Shown here one piece after another: positions 1 through 13,900 of a stretch of 64,000 bases of DNA. The DNA is taken from NCBI GenBank assembly GCA_002633005.1, contig NMRA01000218.1:598931-662930 (forward strand), given 5' to 3'. The position numbers were made by a program, and so were the translations under genes. Positions within the stretch are counted from its first letter, which is position 1. Every line of letters begins with the position of its first letter. The notes below the pieces were generated by a model, which saw only the letters and a list, made by a program, of their open reading frames with translations, did not search any database and had not been told where the DNA came from. This DNA comes from Phoronis australis (Eukaryota > Animalia > Phoronida).

Positions 1-575
1 TTAGCAATCTTTAGAGCATCTGGAAATATACCAGTGTGCAAGCACTGGTTGATGATGGTCGTGAGAGGTTCAATTATAAAAGGACTGCTTATTTTGATAA
101 TTTTAGATGATAAATTGTCATGACCAGTGCTATTTTTTGCGTCCATGTCTCTTATAATATCTAGTACATGTTTATTATTGATTGGTTTGAAAGAGAACTT
201 AAATTTGTTTGGCGTGGGAAGATAGTCTTTGAAATTCTTGTTTTTTATCATAGTTATTGATTCAGAAAGGGATGGGTCGATTTAGGTAAAGTAGGTGTTG
301 AATGAACTTGCCATTTCGGGTAGGTCAATGGTTTTAGTGTTATCTGAACTTAAGAGACAGTCTGGGGTGCCATTGTTTGTTCGAACGCCGTTGTTCATAA
401 CTGTCTTTATTGTATCCCATGTTTTATTTATGTCAGACTTCCCTTTTTCGAATGTGTCATAATAGTAAGATTGCTTGGCGGAATCAATAGTTTTTTTGAG
501 AATGTTGTTGTATACTTTAAGATTGTTGTGGCATGTAGCGTAGGATTGTGTGTTGCGAGGGGTTGTCTTGAGAAA
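1..575 (-). mobile_element. Degenerate non-LTR retrotransposon (CR1/L2-group LINE) ORF2 fragment
   Basis: The minus strand reads ...LKVYNNILKKTIDSAKQSYY...KTWDTIK...FNTYFT*I...FSFKPI...STGHDNLSSKIIK...PLTTIINQCLHTGIFPDALKIAK. This is the typical region just before the RT domain in CR1/L2-group ORF2. It has an in-frame stop and runs off the window start. Confidence 0.85.
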
Positions 576-3500
576 TGTGAACCAAATTTTAATTTTTATG
601 TCTTGTTCATTACTTAGTTTAGTAGTGGTCTCTGGGCTCAGGAAACTGAGAGGCTTGGTAATTCATCATAAGGCAGTTTACAAAGTCTCAGCCGGCCGGG
701 GTCAGTGACTACTAGGTAGTTGAGGCTTATTCCCAATGAGTCTGCGAAAGGCCTACCCGTCGAGACTTCGACAAAACTAAAAGTAACAGGCCTATGTATT
801 TTCTGAAAAGCCGTAAATTGGGCCACGCTACAACGCTTTTGTTAATTTAGCAAAAAAGGAAAGTTACATTTTGCCAGCAAAACAATCGCGTGGTATTAGT
901 AGGCTCAAAATGATCTGTTTCTGACGCCCGACTTTCATATTTACAGTGTTATCTTATTGTAACTCCATCCTACGTAAACTGACTCAAGGAGGTATCGTTT
1001 TCTGTAAAGGATTGTTCAACCCACCCCCTTCTCATTGATATTTCTTCTGTTTTTGTTCTAACTAGCTTTACGGCTTATTCTGGATGAGATGATTATTGTC
1101 CACCCGTTACTGTTTTGTATTTAATTATGTTGTTTGCTCATGTTGTTATCATTGCCGAGACATTTTTCTGTAGCTTGTAGATTTGTTGTTGTAGGCATAG
1201 TGTTAGTTTAGTTTGTTTATATTTGTATGGAAGTTATATACGACTGGAATAAAGTACTGTTTATTTTAACACGGGAAAATTTCATTTGGTGTAAGTGATG
1301 AAGATGAGATCTCGAAAGCCCTGTGGCAGATTCCTAATATTTCGTTATTTGATCGGATAACCTCTCTTGAAAAAGCGCAACGTTCCATAAATATTTCCTA
1401 ACAGCGTTTTGGAGAACAGTGCACAGGGCCTGTAGCATAATATCTGACAGTACATCAATACAATAAACATTTTTTGAAATATGTTCCGAAGTTAGCCAAA
1501 TTTGTTCATGATTTTTAGCCTCCTAGATAACCTTAAAGGAACATTTCGCCACTATTATAGACTTTCAATCTTGAATTCTTAACTGAAACGCATTCCATTT
1601 TGAATTGTTGCCAAATGAGACGGCAATCACAGACACTCCAAGCATATATGCGCCATTCTCACTAATTTGCAATTTTAAGGTTGTCCAGTCTCATTAAATT
1701 TTATTTTCTTAAGTCGAGGATGGTTTCGACGTTGTTGCTGTTAATGGAAACGGAAGTCCGATATCGATTTTATGAGCTAAAAGTGGCTTCATTTTTTGTT
1801 TTGTACGTCGCAGCTGCAAACACAGAGGAAATGCAATTTTAAGCAGTCACCGATGCACATATTTCTTAATTTGTCCATCTATACATTATTAAGAAAAACC
1901 GGGAAAAGGATTCCATGTGAACGCGCTTTAGTTTTCTATAAAGTCGTTATTTTTCACGGCCATGACATTCCTTCACAGAACAATAATTGCTCCAGTTTTT
2001 GAGGATTCTTTGAAAAATCTCGGTCTTTGACAACTGAGATTTCGGACTAAAAGGCCTGAGCAAACAACTCCAGACACAGTTCTACCTTATAGAAAGGTTG
2101 TAGAACATTACCCACAAGCCTGTGCCAAATATCTAGAAAACTATGGAAATTAGCAAAGTGAAAAAATATAAGCTTGTAGATTCTTAATTCAATAACGCAC
2201 TTACACGACAATAAACGCCTGGAGCATTATTTTTTGGGAACAGCAAGATTACAAATCTGTTGCCAAAGCTTACGATAAACACGCTTAATGCTGGATTTCG
2301 CAAAAACACGAATATCAACTGAGGCTGTTTACTTTCATACAATCGGTCTCACAATATTCATAATAGTCCCATGATAGATTTCTATTTCTGTTATCAACAA
2401 AAGCATCGAAACCAACAGAGAGACACAAGAAAATGCTTCGGACTTCATTGGGAATTCGAAAATGGCATATGTGTACACACTCCATTGTATGTGGCTAGAG
2501 CTGAGAACACCAATAGAATCCTACCACGGTCATGAATTCGATTTTTGTCCAGATAAACAAGATGAAGTATAGATTTAATTTTTAATAAGTTATTTTCGGA
2601 ACTTGATTCTTTAATGCTGACCATAAAAATGATTTTAACCACTTTATAAACAGCTGTAAAACAGTTGTACCTCAGCGGCATGGCTTGAAATGACACTCCA
2701 AGCACTCTACCAAGATCACACGTCATCAGTGTGAACTGAAGCCTACAAACACTCCACCTATTAGCAAAGTATAGAAATCAGCTTGACAGCGACCAGTCAC
2801 CTTCAGCAAGGAACATCACTTATAACAACGAGTAAAACGAGAAATTAAGAAATAATACTAAGGCTTTATTGACTTTCGGCCAATAGTCACTTATAGGGTG
2901 TACTCAACTTTGAGAACCAGTTTGATGCCTGGGATTCAGTGGAGAAAATTGGTTCTCAAAATGCAGGACCCTGTAAGTAACTATTACCCACATTTGTTAA
3001 TCAATAATTACACAAATATGAACAGCACAACAGATATACACAATCACATGCAAAACACATTTGTAGTTCAATAATACACGTGCATAATGACTTCAGTTCA
3101 GTTAGACTTGGAAGTACACCAGCTGAGTACAACACAGTTTTGAAAAGAATACACCAGCCACAAAGTCACCCAAATCCATTGTTTCATGGTAAAACAGCGA
3201 CATCAGGGTTCTCACGGCTCAAGATCAAGATATTGATTAGAAAGCCTTTTTCCCACTTTTATTTCAAGAAAGCATATATCAAACTTATGTGGCAATGTCC
3301 CCAAAGCAACTCAAAACTGACTCCACAATTAAAACCTTGTGGTGGCCTATAACTCTACCATGTCATCAAAATCAACTGCACCTAGTCTAGCTTAATATCT
3401 CAACCAAAAATTTTGTAACCAAACTTATGGCGATGGTGTCCTTTCAAACATCTATTTTCATGCTGTAACTTCATATCCTTATTTTTCTAAATGTACACTA

Positions 3501-3689
3501 GTTCTCCGGAACAGACAATTAGGCACACCTTATTAATAAATTAATGATTAAATCAGTTTCAAACATTTCCATGAACTCCAGTGCTAGTTATCTGAAAATT
3601 GGCAAACGTAATATCGATATTAGTCATGCTCACCTCAATAGAAACTAATTTGCCAGGACGATTTTTCTTAGGGTTTGGCGAGAAATGGA

Positions 3690-4572
3690 TGCCAAAAGTG
3701 AACACTGAATGATTGCTACTAGGGGGCACAGCACAAGTGATCCAAAATGGGCAGAATTGCTGTTCTCTCCAGGACAAATTGTAAATTGTTAAATTTTGTA
3801 TAGTCGTAACTTACTGTTGGGCAGACAGAAAGGTAGATGCCGAAAACGAAATCAATAATTCTAAAATTGCCACTAGGGGGCACAAAACATGCTGCCATGT
3901 TGTCTTATATATAAAACACCTATCACTTTAAGTTGCAGAGGCAGACATGGACAGGAAATATTGCCACAAGGAGGCACAACATTGGAAAATAAAATAGCCA
4001 CTAGGGGCACTGCAGTAGTCAAATTGGTTAAAATCAACTTTAGCGTGTTGTCCTCGCTAGAGACACATCAGAACTGGCGATCTTTCACTGAATCTACCGG
4101 TAATACGCATTGAGGCAGGCGTAAAACCATGACAGCCACTGGCGAGCTTCATAGCAGAATTTGGATGTCACAACTCTGCCATGCTCTAGTCAATAGGAAC
4201 ATGACCTCTAATTTTATGGCAATCCACCAAACGTTTAATAGACAGTGTGGCGGATACCAAAAAGCAGATGAAAAATACTAAAACTGCCACCAGGGGATGC
4301 ACAACATGATGGAGAAAGTTGTAGGGCGACATCTGCTCCTTGATACAACATCTCCCAAATATCCATTGAGGGATTTGTCAGATATAAAAATCAAATACAA
4401 AAACATAAAATTGCCCCTAGATGGCACAGTAGTAGCCATATTTATCTGCAAGTTGTCATCAAATTTCATGAAATCATGCAAAGAGTTAAGAGATACAACT
4501 GTGGATTTCAGATGGATGCACGACAGAGATGACGACGATATGCAACCACATATGTACATGTGGGGTATAATA
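3690..4572 (-). mobile_element. Helentron/HINE-like non-autonomous element with degenerate internal repeats
   Basis: The minus strand starts TTATACCCC with a short hairpin (ccacatgtacatatgtgg) and a GTC-type microsatellite. Degenerate repeats follow, each with gccactagggggcac. The left boundary is approximate. Confidence 0.55.
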
Positions 4573-4906
4573 GTTACATCACCGAAAGCTAATAAGTAAG
4601 AAAATATATATTTGCAGCTACTAAAAATATAAGTCTAGCAAACCGCCTTTCAATTCTATCAGAATCAACATCACATTCACCCAGTACAAACCTGTCCAGC
4701 AACACAAAATGCACTGATTCTTTAGATATACAATAACAACTCCTTGCATTGACATGACGTGCAATCCTTTATGTACATCAAAGAACCTCTACTGTGACGA
4801 CTGTAGACTTCATAACAACATGTGAATTCAATATACAAGGACGGGATCCCCATCAACAGCTGTATTGACATAGCTAGGTTTTAGTGAACTGTATGCCCTA
4901 AAGGTG

Positions 4907-4978
4907 TCACTTCTGAGTGTCCATCATAGCCTGCTGGACATGCTTATTCACAGTATCCCTGGTCTTGAACACGCTCTT
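4907..4978 (-). CDS. NDC80: NDC80 terminal coding exon
   Basis: KSVFKTRDTVNKHVQQAMMDTQK* after a pyrimidine tract and TAG acceptor. Confidence 0.75.
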   Translation of the reverse strand, partial: KSVFKTRDTVNKHVQQAMMDTQK

Positions 4979-7900
4979 CTACAAAAGTGAACAAGAGAGG
5001 ACAATAAGCGAACAAAGATTAAACAACCCATCAAGACAACTCGCTCACAGTGAATAAACAATTAACAGCACAAACCAATGCATTGGTGATCTGTTCTAAC
5101 TGTTAAAAAATTATATATGTCTGTATAATTATTGTATATAGATTTTTTGTACTGTGCTGTTTAGCCCAGATACAATGACTCTTGGCATTGTACAGGTCTA
5201 CATATTTATTGTATTGACTATTTCATAATAAACATTAAACAAATCAAAGTAAGGAACAAAATGAGAAGTTTTACACAAGTAAGTGGTCAGGGCCTTTGAT
5301 GCCTTGGTTTCAGGGCCAAATATTGGTCCCACGTCGCTATAAAAAATATTTAAAAATCACTGTCGTCTTCATGATAGAAATTTGTTTGCCCAATTTCATA
5401 AAAAAGCATCAAGGAATTCTGAAGTTACAGAGGCAAACGTAAAAAATAAAATTGCCACTAGTGAACACAGCTACACTTGGATTGGTCTGAAACTGGACAG
5501 CATCAGTTGCCATCTCCATAGGAACATGTCTGCTAAATTTCAAAAAGATCTTGCAAACGGTAAAGCAGATACAGCCATGAACGTAAAAAAAAAATTTCCA
5601 CTAGGGGGTGCCAGAGTAGTTGAACATGTCTGAAAATCAACGTCAGCATTGGTATTCTCATCAGGAACACAAATCCAAGCAGTTAGGTGGACGGAGAGGG
5701 TGATGTCAAAAACGTACTAAAAAATTTTCAAAATGACTGCTGAGTGGCGTAGAATACGTTAAATTGGCCCAAAAATGAGAAGCCGTCATGATCTCCTAAA
5801 ATGAAACTTATTTTACAAAATATCATGATAATAAAACCTCCGCTATTCGTCGAATCTATCCAAAAATGGGAGCCTGTCGACTCTTTAATAGAAACCTTTT
5901 TATTAAATTTCATAAAAATCTGGCAAGGAGTTCCACACAGGACACCGAAAAAATAAGATTGCCTCTAGGGGGCACAGGGGCAGTCAGATCCATCCAAATG
6001 TCATTGCTGTCCATTGCCAACTTCATATAAATACACTTGCTAAATATAATAAAGATCCTGCATGTGCGTTTAGGAGACACAGCCATCAACACAAAAAATG
6101 TCACTAGGAGGCACCACAAGAGTCTGAGTCGTCCGAAAATTATCATGAGCAGTGCTCTTCACAGTTGCAAAATATGTTAAATTCATTGGAAAATGGCAAC
6201 ATGTCACTGTTTTTTTTACAAGAAAGCTATTTACCAAATTTCATAAAAATCAGTCACGAAACTTCAGAGAAAAAGAAGAAAAAAAATGAAATTGCCACAA
6301 GGGGGCACAGCATTCGTCGGATCTGTCCGAAAGTCATCGTTATTCGTTGTGAACATGATATAAATACAGTTGCTAAATGTAATAAAGATCCTGTAGAGAG
6401 ATTAGAAGATGTAGCCATGGACGCAAAAACAAAACTGTCACTAGGAATTACAGACTGCCACTAGGAGGTGCCACAGTAGTCGAAGTCTTCGGAAAATCAT
6501 TGTTAGCCTCTACACAGTAAGAAAATATTTGCCAATTTTCACAATCATCCTTAGAGTGGTTTGGTTGACAGTGGAGCGGATGCCAAAAAACAAGACTTGA
6601 AAACAGAAAAAATGGCCGCTAGGTGATGCAAAATACTTCGAATCCATCCGAAAACAGAATAGCGTCATCTCACTAATAGATGCCTATCAGCCAAATTTTA
6701 TGAAAATCCATTAAGGACCTTTGAAGATGTAGAGGTAAACGTAAAAACAAAAATTGCCACAAGGGGGCACACCGGTTCTCGGATCTGTCTGAAATTTCGC
6801 TCATGCTATTCCATCCATAAAAGAAACACACATGCAAAATTTCATAACATACATGAAAGGGTTTTGGAAATAGGCCAGTGGACACATGCCGGACAGACAG
6901 GGATGACCGCACAATGTGCCCCATAAAAGTGTAGGCATATAAAAATCCCCTCTGACTCTCAAAAGGCATAGTCACCTCTCTTCAGGTGAGCCAGGGCCCA
7001 TGTGGTCTACATGAAAAGTGAAAGCTTTTTGAACGAAGGCAGATATTACAGCAGCTATAACATGGGACAACTCACTTCTATAAGTGCCTTATGTTCCATG
7101 ATCTGAGTAAGTGCAGTCGTTATGAAGTCCATGTAGGCGTTCTCTTTCTGGTTCATTGCCTTAAGTCGAGTCTCACACCTAAAATAAGAACACATAACGC
7201 TACATGCACTAACAAACCATCGTTAATGACAGACTTCACGAGCAAAAAAGCAAATGGAGGTTATAGAATGAAAAACATTGAATGCACACGCGCGGCTGTT
7301 CTATAGTGTGCTTGAAAGGAATAAACTCAATATTGCGATTTCCAAAAAAGGCCCATGGGCGGTTATTCAGAAAACCACCTTTGAAAAATGTCAAATGAAA
7401 TCAAATATAAGCCTGAGCGTACTTTCGGAAAAGGGGGAAGGCACATTTTCAGAAAATGTGTCATTAAAACTGTCCTTCATACTGAGCTAATACGGTTAGT
7501 TACCAACACAGTCACCCAATATCTTGTTGAATGAAAGCCATTTGAGTGAAACTGCAGTGCCAAAACAAACAAAAATTTTATACACCAAAACGTATTTCAG
7601 AACAATCCATCAGATTTTCAAAACATGCACTTACTAAAAATACTCCAATGGGTATACTTTTAGAAAATTTTCGAAAAATACACTCATTACATACTTCTGG
7701 GTGGGTCTATTTTTGAAAAATTCCCGGAACGTGACCGAAACATTCACGCGTTCAATGAAATCTGTCTATGAGGACAGGTACCTGTACATACATAATGTAG
7801 GTGCACCAAAACACGTCAGTCTCACCTTATCTTGGTCTGACTCAACAGTTCTTCAGCCTCATGAACGCTCCTTTTCATTGACTGCTTCAGCTCAGCAAGT

Positions 7901-10900
7901 TCAGTTTGGTGCACCTCGAGGTCCTTCTGAGCCTTCAACAACTCTCGCTGCATCGACTGAAACAGACAGACACACTAAGCTATGCCTTGTCTGGAACTGC
8001 CTAAACTCAAAATAAGCTATCCTAAGCAAGATTTCACGAACAAGCGCATTTTCTGCGAGTGAAATTTACTGTCACAGATAAAACACAACTAAAAAGTAAA
8101 TTTTTCAACAAAGTATTCAAACTTATTTTGTGCAAAAGTGAAACTCGCACCAAACTTACGAAATTTATTTGTCCATAAAATGCACAAAGAGAAACAGTGA
8201 AGTTGTTCAAAGTACTACACAAATCTATGTTGAATCAATCTGAGGCACCGCACGGCTCACCGCCAGATTCAAAGTACTACACAAATCTATGTTGAATCAA
8301 TCTGAGGCACCGCACGGCTCACCGCCAGATTCAAAGTACTACACAAATCTATGTTGAATCAATCTGAGGCACCGCACAGCTCACCGCCAGATTCAAAGTA
8401 CTACACAAATCTATGTTGAATCAATCTGAGGCACCGCACGGCTCACCGCCAGATTCAAAGTACTACACAAATCTATGTTGAATCAATCTGAGGCACCGCA
8501 CAGCTCACCGCCAGATTCGTGAACACCTACCTCCTTCTTACACTCTATATCGTCCTCCGCCTCCTTCACATTCGCCTCCAGCACGGAGATCTCTTCTCGC
8601 TTGTAGGCCACCATCTCGTTAACCTGACAATGACAAGCGGAAGAACACGCGTAACCACAATCAGTCTAATACGAGATTAACATAGTAAGATGACAGAAAC
8701 ACGAGAGGTTTCAAATATTTTCATTCATCTTTATGTTATGACGCTAATAAAAAAGTGAGGTAATCAGCATTTATTTTATGATTTTTATACAGTACTTTAT
8801 GTTAAGACAACTAGAAAATACTGTCAAAGCACAAAAACCAGGAAATTAACCGTAATAAATAGATGATGCTTCGCTAATTTTGAATGCCAAATTTGCCATG
8901 CAAATGGACAAAATGTCACTTTGATCATGCTAATCCACAACAATTTCAACCCAGACGGCATATTAAATGAGTCCACATTACCTAAGTCAACACCTTCAAA
9001 GCAACTTCAAGACGTGCTCTCTCCAACACTATTCATAGAGGTACCCCCCGCCTCCAACACTCTTCAAAGAGGTGCCCCTACCAACGCTCTTCAAAGAGCT
9101 GTTCCCCTCCAACACACCTCAAAGAGGCACCTCCTCCAATGCCCCTAAAAGAGGTGCCCTTCCAGCACTCCTCAGAGAGACGCCACCCCCTCCAACGCTC
9201 CTGTAAGAGCTGCCCCTCCGATGCTCTTCAAAGAAGTAACCCCTCTAGTAAGTCAGCTCACCTGTTCTAGAGCATCCATCTCACTGATCTTGCGAGCTTC
9301 AGCCTCGTGTACCTTCTCATTACACTGGTTCTTCATCTGTGTCAAGGCAGGCTACGAATATGGTAAGGCAGTGCAACTCAGTAATAGGTCCGGTTACAGA
9401 TACCAGCACAATTCAAGAGTTGTGATTGGTCCTGAGGCCCGTTCCAAGAAAGTGACTTAAGTTCATTTTTGACTTAAGTCTAAGATTTGTCTCAACTTCC
9501 AACCTTTGACACTTTCACATCAGGTAAGTTAGTCAAAACCGAGACCAAATTTAAATCAAAAGCTTTTTAAGTCGATCTTAAGATCTCTTTCTTGAAATGG
9601 ATTTGAGACAAAGTTAAGTCTTGTCTTAAAATTGACTCAAATTTAAGATTTGTCTTGGCTAAGCCAGTCCTCTGGCTTATCTTCACATTTAGACATTCAA
9701 ATGACTGCAGGATAATAGCATCCACACCACAATATCAAATGATTTTACATGCAACTTTACACAATATCACATTTTATTCTACTAGTCACAGCATATCAAT
9801 CTTTGATAAATTAATAATTCAAAGTTGGGAAGGCGTATTATTAGATGAATTGGTAATGAACCAAAGACGCAGAAACTGTCCTCAAAGCCGTCAGAAGTGA
9901 GTAGTAACATGTCCAGATGTACTCATGCGATAGGCATGTTATCATGGGATGACTTTATTTTTTCAAATTCAAACATGACATCAGCACTACCGTGTGTTCA
10001 ATTCGAATAACCACTGTACCTTGATGAGATTATTAAAGTCCACAGATCCTTGGCCGTAGCTGTTGAAGTTGGCTCTCATCTCGTAATCCCGTCCGAAGGC
10101 GTTCTCGGCTGACGGAGGAATCAGCTTCAACATCTGTGCCATCTTGTTATAGTTTTGGCATTTAGCATCGACCTGGGCAGAACATAAAAGAGTGCTCAAC
10201 GAAGGCTATTGATGGAGATACCATGACAAGATTGTGAAACCGATCAACCTTGTCTGCATGATGAAGGAAGCCGTTTCATAATGAGGGCGGTAGTGAATTC
10301 AAGTACAACAAAATCCTCTAAGTGAACATTAATGGCAACCCACTCATACCCAACTATGATTTTATTTGAGAAAATCATCCAAGCATGTCAAAAAAGTAAT
10401 TATACCCAGGCTGTAACAGCAATTGCAGTTAGGCATTCAGATGTAAAGAAAAAACATGGCCTTCTAAAATAAGTGACAAAACACGCTTCAGCGGATTTGT
10501 TACTCAAACTAAACGTCACTCCATGACAAACCACTAGAGAGACTAGTTGGTGCTTTTACTATTCATGCTCAAGGATTTTGCTAGCTACACTAAATAACTG
10601 GGTTGTGTTCCGTAGACTCTAAGACTTTAGCTGGCATGAGCAACAAAATTTCTGCTTATGGAACGGAAGCAATGCACCATTCCAACCTTACCAACCAATC
10701 ACTTCCGTGGCTGCCATTTTGCTAGGAGAGGCTAATAAACTCTACAATATACTTGCAAAACACTTGCCTTAACTCGCAGGATTTTGCAAGGTCTTGCGAG
10801 ATTTTTCCTTTTCTATTGCTCTACAGAACACTACCCTTATCATGTCATTTAACCGGGAGGAATAGTCAAAGTCCAGTTGCACTATGAGACTGTTTAGGAT

Positions 10901-13900
10901 ACGATGTGTATCATAAAATCCTGCAAATTTGGTTATCCCCTTATAATGGAGAGTTAGATTTATCTCTGCATTAAATGAAAAGCATTCTTTTCACCAAACG
11001 AGTGCATTCGCCATGTGCTGTTCGGTTAATATATATTTTATCCAACAACAATATCCAAAAGCCCATGACCTATTCATGATCAGTGCATTTCAAATGCTAT
11101 CAGAAAATGCATTACGATAAAAATTCTTCAATTCGGAGCACAATATGGCGAATAAGTGACATTTCATTCTGACAGTCAAAATTTCTTTCAAGAAAAAAAA
11201 TTTCAGGAAAACTTACTTTGCTTTTAACATGGTTAGTACGGCATAGCTATCACCGAACGACATTTGGTAAAAATTCTAAGCATTCGCAGCAACATGGCAA
11301 GCCTCCAAAAAACAAGAGTATGCCAACTTTAGGAGCTATTTTTGTCCCAATTTGAAGGATTTTACCGCCTACTCCCTAAGCCCAATGCAGCATCAACACC
11401 TACCCTTTCCTGAGACTTTCCAATGTTCATCTCCATGTCCCAGACCTGCCGGTCCAGATCTTCATTCTCTCTGCTCACTGCTTCAATCTGCGTCTGCAGC
11501 TGCTGTCTACTCAAGTTCAGCCTCTCCACATCTGCCGGCGAGAGTTCTTGCGTGTCGAAGATGTGCTGCATGCGGGACATCTCCTCCTGAAGCGCCTCCA
11601 TCTCTGTGGCTGAACGAGGGTAGTGAGGAAATGCACAGTGTAAATGGGGATTTGCCATTAAAGATGAGATTTTACATGCGGTTAGTCTTTTCTCTAGCCT
11701 CCATTTCACAAGATCAGAAAATACAAAGTTAATCAATTTACCTAAAAGGTCATTTCACAGCTGTTTAGCTCTCAGTGTTGAATTGTTAACTGAAGCACTT
11801 TGTGTTTTCAAAACATTTCCAAGTAAAACTTCGCTGTAAGTGGCCTCAATCAAAATTTTGCTTTGTAACGAAATTTTTTTTAGCAATTTTAAGATGTGTT
11901 TTTTGTCGAAAATCTCTGTGATCCAATTGATTCCCTGCTGTGGACTTGCATACCTAGCGCCCTCTGTTCATCCTGTACTTCTTTATACTTCTGCTCCTGT
12001 AGTTTCCTGTGTGAGTCCATCTCACTCAGGTAGTTTTGATACTTCTGGTCATCGTGTACAATTACCTGGTAGCGAGTCTTCATGTCCGACAAACGATCCT
12101 GTAGACAAAGAAACAGTTAACAGGTGACTTACACACAGTGCCTGATTATCCATTAAGCTAAACAAGCTACTGCTTGTGGCAACCGCGTAAAATAGGGAGT
12201 CCCTATTCAAGTAATGTGACTGGGAGGCAAATAATCCATTAAGCTAAAAAACCTTTGACTTAGGGCTTCGGACGAAATAGGGAATCTGTCTAGTTATCAC
12301 AGAAGCCAAGGGAAAGACAAGGGAAAGTAAAAATTGAAGTTGCGCTTCATTGCCCAGTAGGGGCCCTTAAAAGTTGTGGCGACCAGGGGGACAAGGGAAA
12401 GTGAAAATAAATGTTGCGCCTTATTGCTCAGTAGGAGCTCTCAATAGTTGTGGCGAACAGTTGCGCCTCTCTGCACAGTAGGGGGTCTTCCAAAGTCGCA
12501 ACCGCGGGAGGGGGCAGTACAAGAGTTTTCAATTGGTGAAACGGTTTTATGGTAACGGCTAAGGCCCCTAGGCTTTTTATAGCTTGGGGGCCCAAAAAAG
12601 TCCATAATCCGCCACTGCTCGCACACTTGAGGAGTAAAGTCTGAAGGGATATTTCCTAGTCCCTGCTACTGAAAACGCAAACTGGTCACCAAGATACTCT
12701 ACCACACAAAATATGTCTCAAAACAAAAAAAATATCACGAAGCGACCAGTTGTGACATGACTGGAAAAAACCTTCCCAAATTTGGGTTGTTTCGTGTCAA
12801 TCACAAGTTATCTCTCAATTTATTTTGTTGGATTAAACCAATTGTTATCACTGGAAGTAAAATATTAAGCCCATAGTTACAACGTTCATCAGCCTTGTTC
12901 CCGATTTTGATTTTTAGGGAAGGAAATGTTATTTTAACTAATGCAACAGAAAAATCAAAGTATTTTAGCACAATTTATTCTGACACTCAGGCAATACTGC
13001 ATTCAAACATAGCTACCAGTGATGTTTATTTTGCTAGTATATCCTAGTGCGGTTGAGAAACAAAAACAATTGCAATATGTTGCCTTATCCAAGTGCGGTT
13101 TACTTTACTAACAAGACATTAGTCTTACTGGACTTACCCAATGAGGAAGTTCAACAATCAAAACAACGAATTGCACCAGTTTAAATAGTGTCCACACAGC
13201 CACCAAACCTCGTGACAACTCGTACCAGGTGTAACTTGTTCTAGGGTAAGTCTGTGTTTGGACAGCACTAGAGTTGTAAATTCATAACACCAAGAAAGTT
13301 CTGAGTAACATTATCAAAAATAGGGGAAAACCAAAGAAGGTTCAACTAAGAGAATTAAAATGTGAGCAAAAATCTTATGGATGGTGTCGAATCGAGGCAT
13401 GTTTTTGACCAAATTTTCCCGTTTCCGCCCATACCCAGTCCATTTCATCGAGACATTAATACCAGCCGAGATGGTGGTAAAATGAGTTGGAGTGATCAGG
13501 TGTTAAGGTGTCTATTACTCACAGGTTCACTTTCTAGCGCATCCAGTTCGGCACGGAGCCTGTTGTTCTCACTAACCAGGTGCTCTAAGCCTCCAGATAA
13601 ACCCTCAGTCTTGGCTCCTGTAACATTAGTTCATATCACGATGAACATATTAAAAGTAAATCTTAGACAGGTCATGCACAACTAGCTACATCTTTTGATG
13701 ACATTATTTATAACTTTAAACAGAAATGCAACATATAAATCCGAAATCAACAATTAAATCTTGTTTTCAGGTGCAAATACGAGCTAGAATGGAAAATACT
13801 CTCAACAAAAAACTAAAACAGTGATAGCAAAAATTTGGTTAAAATTAGATAATCATACAACTGGTGAGTTGCTAGACACGGGTAGTGTCTGTTGGACAGT

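Noticed and set aside
8206-8518. Regular repeat array as a CRISPR
   Set aside because: Units are contiguous and near-identical with no unique spacers, lie in a eukaryotic intron, and there are no cas genes. The same applies to the 30654-31168 and 37385-37690 arrays.
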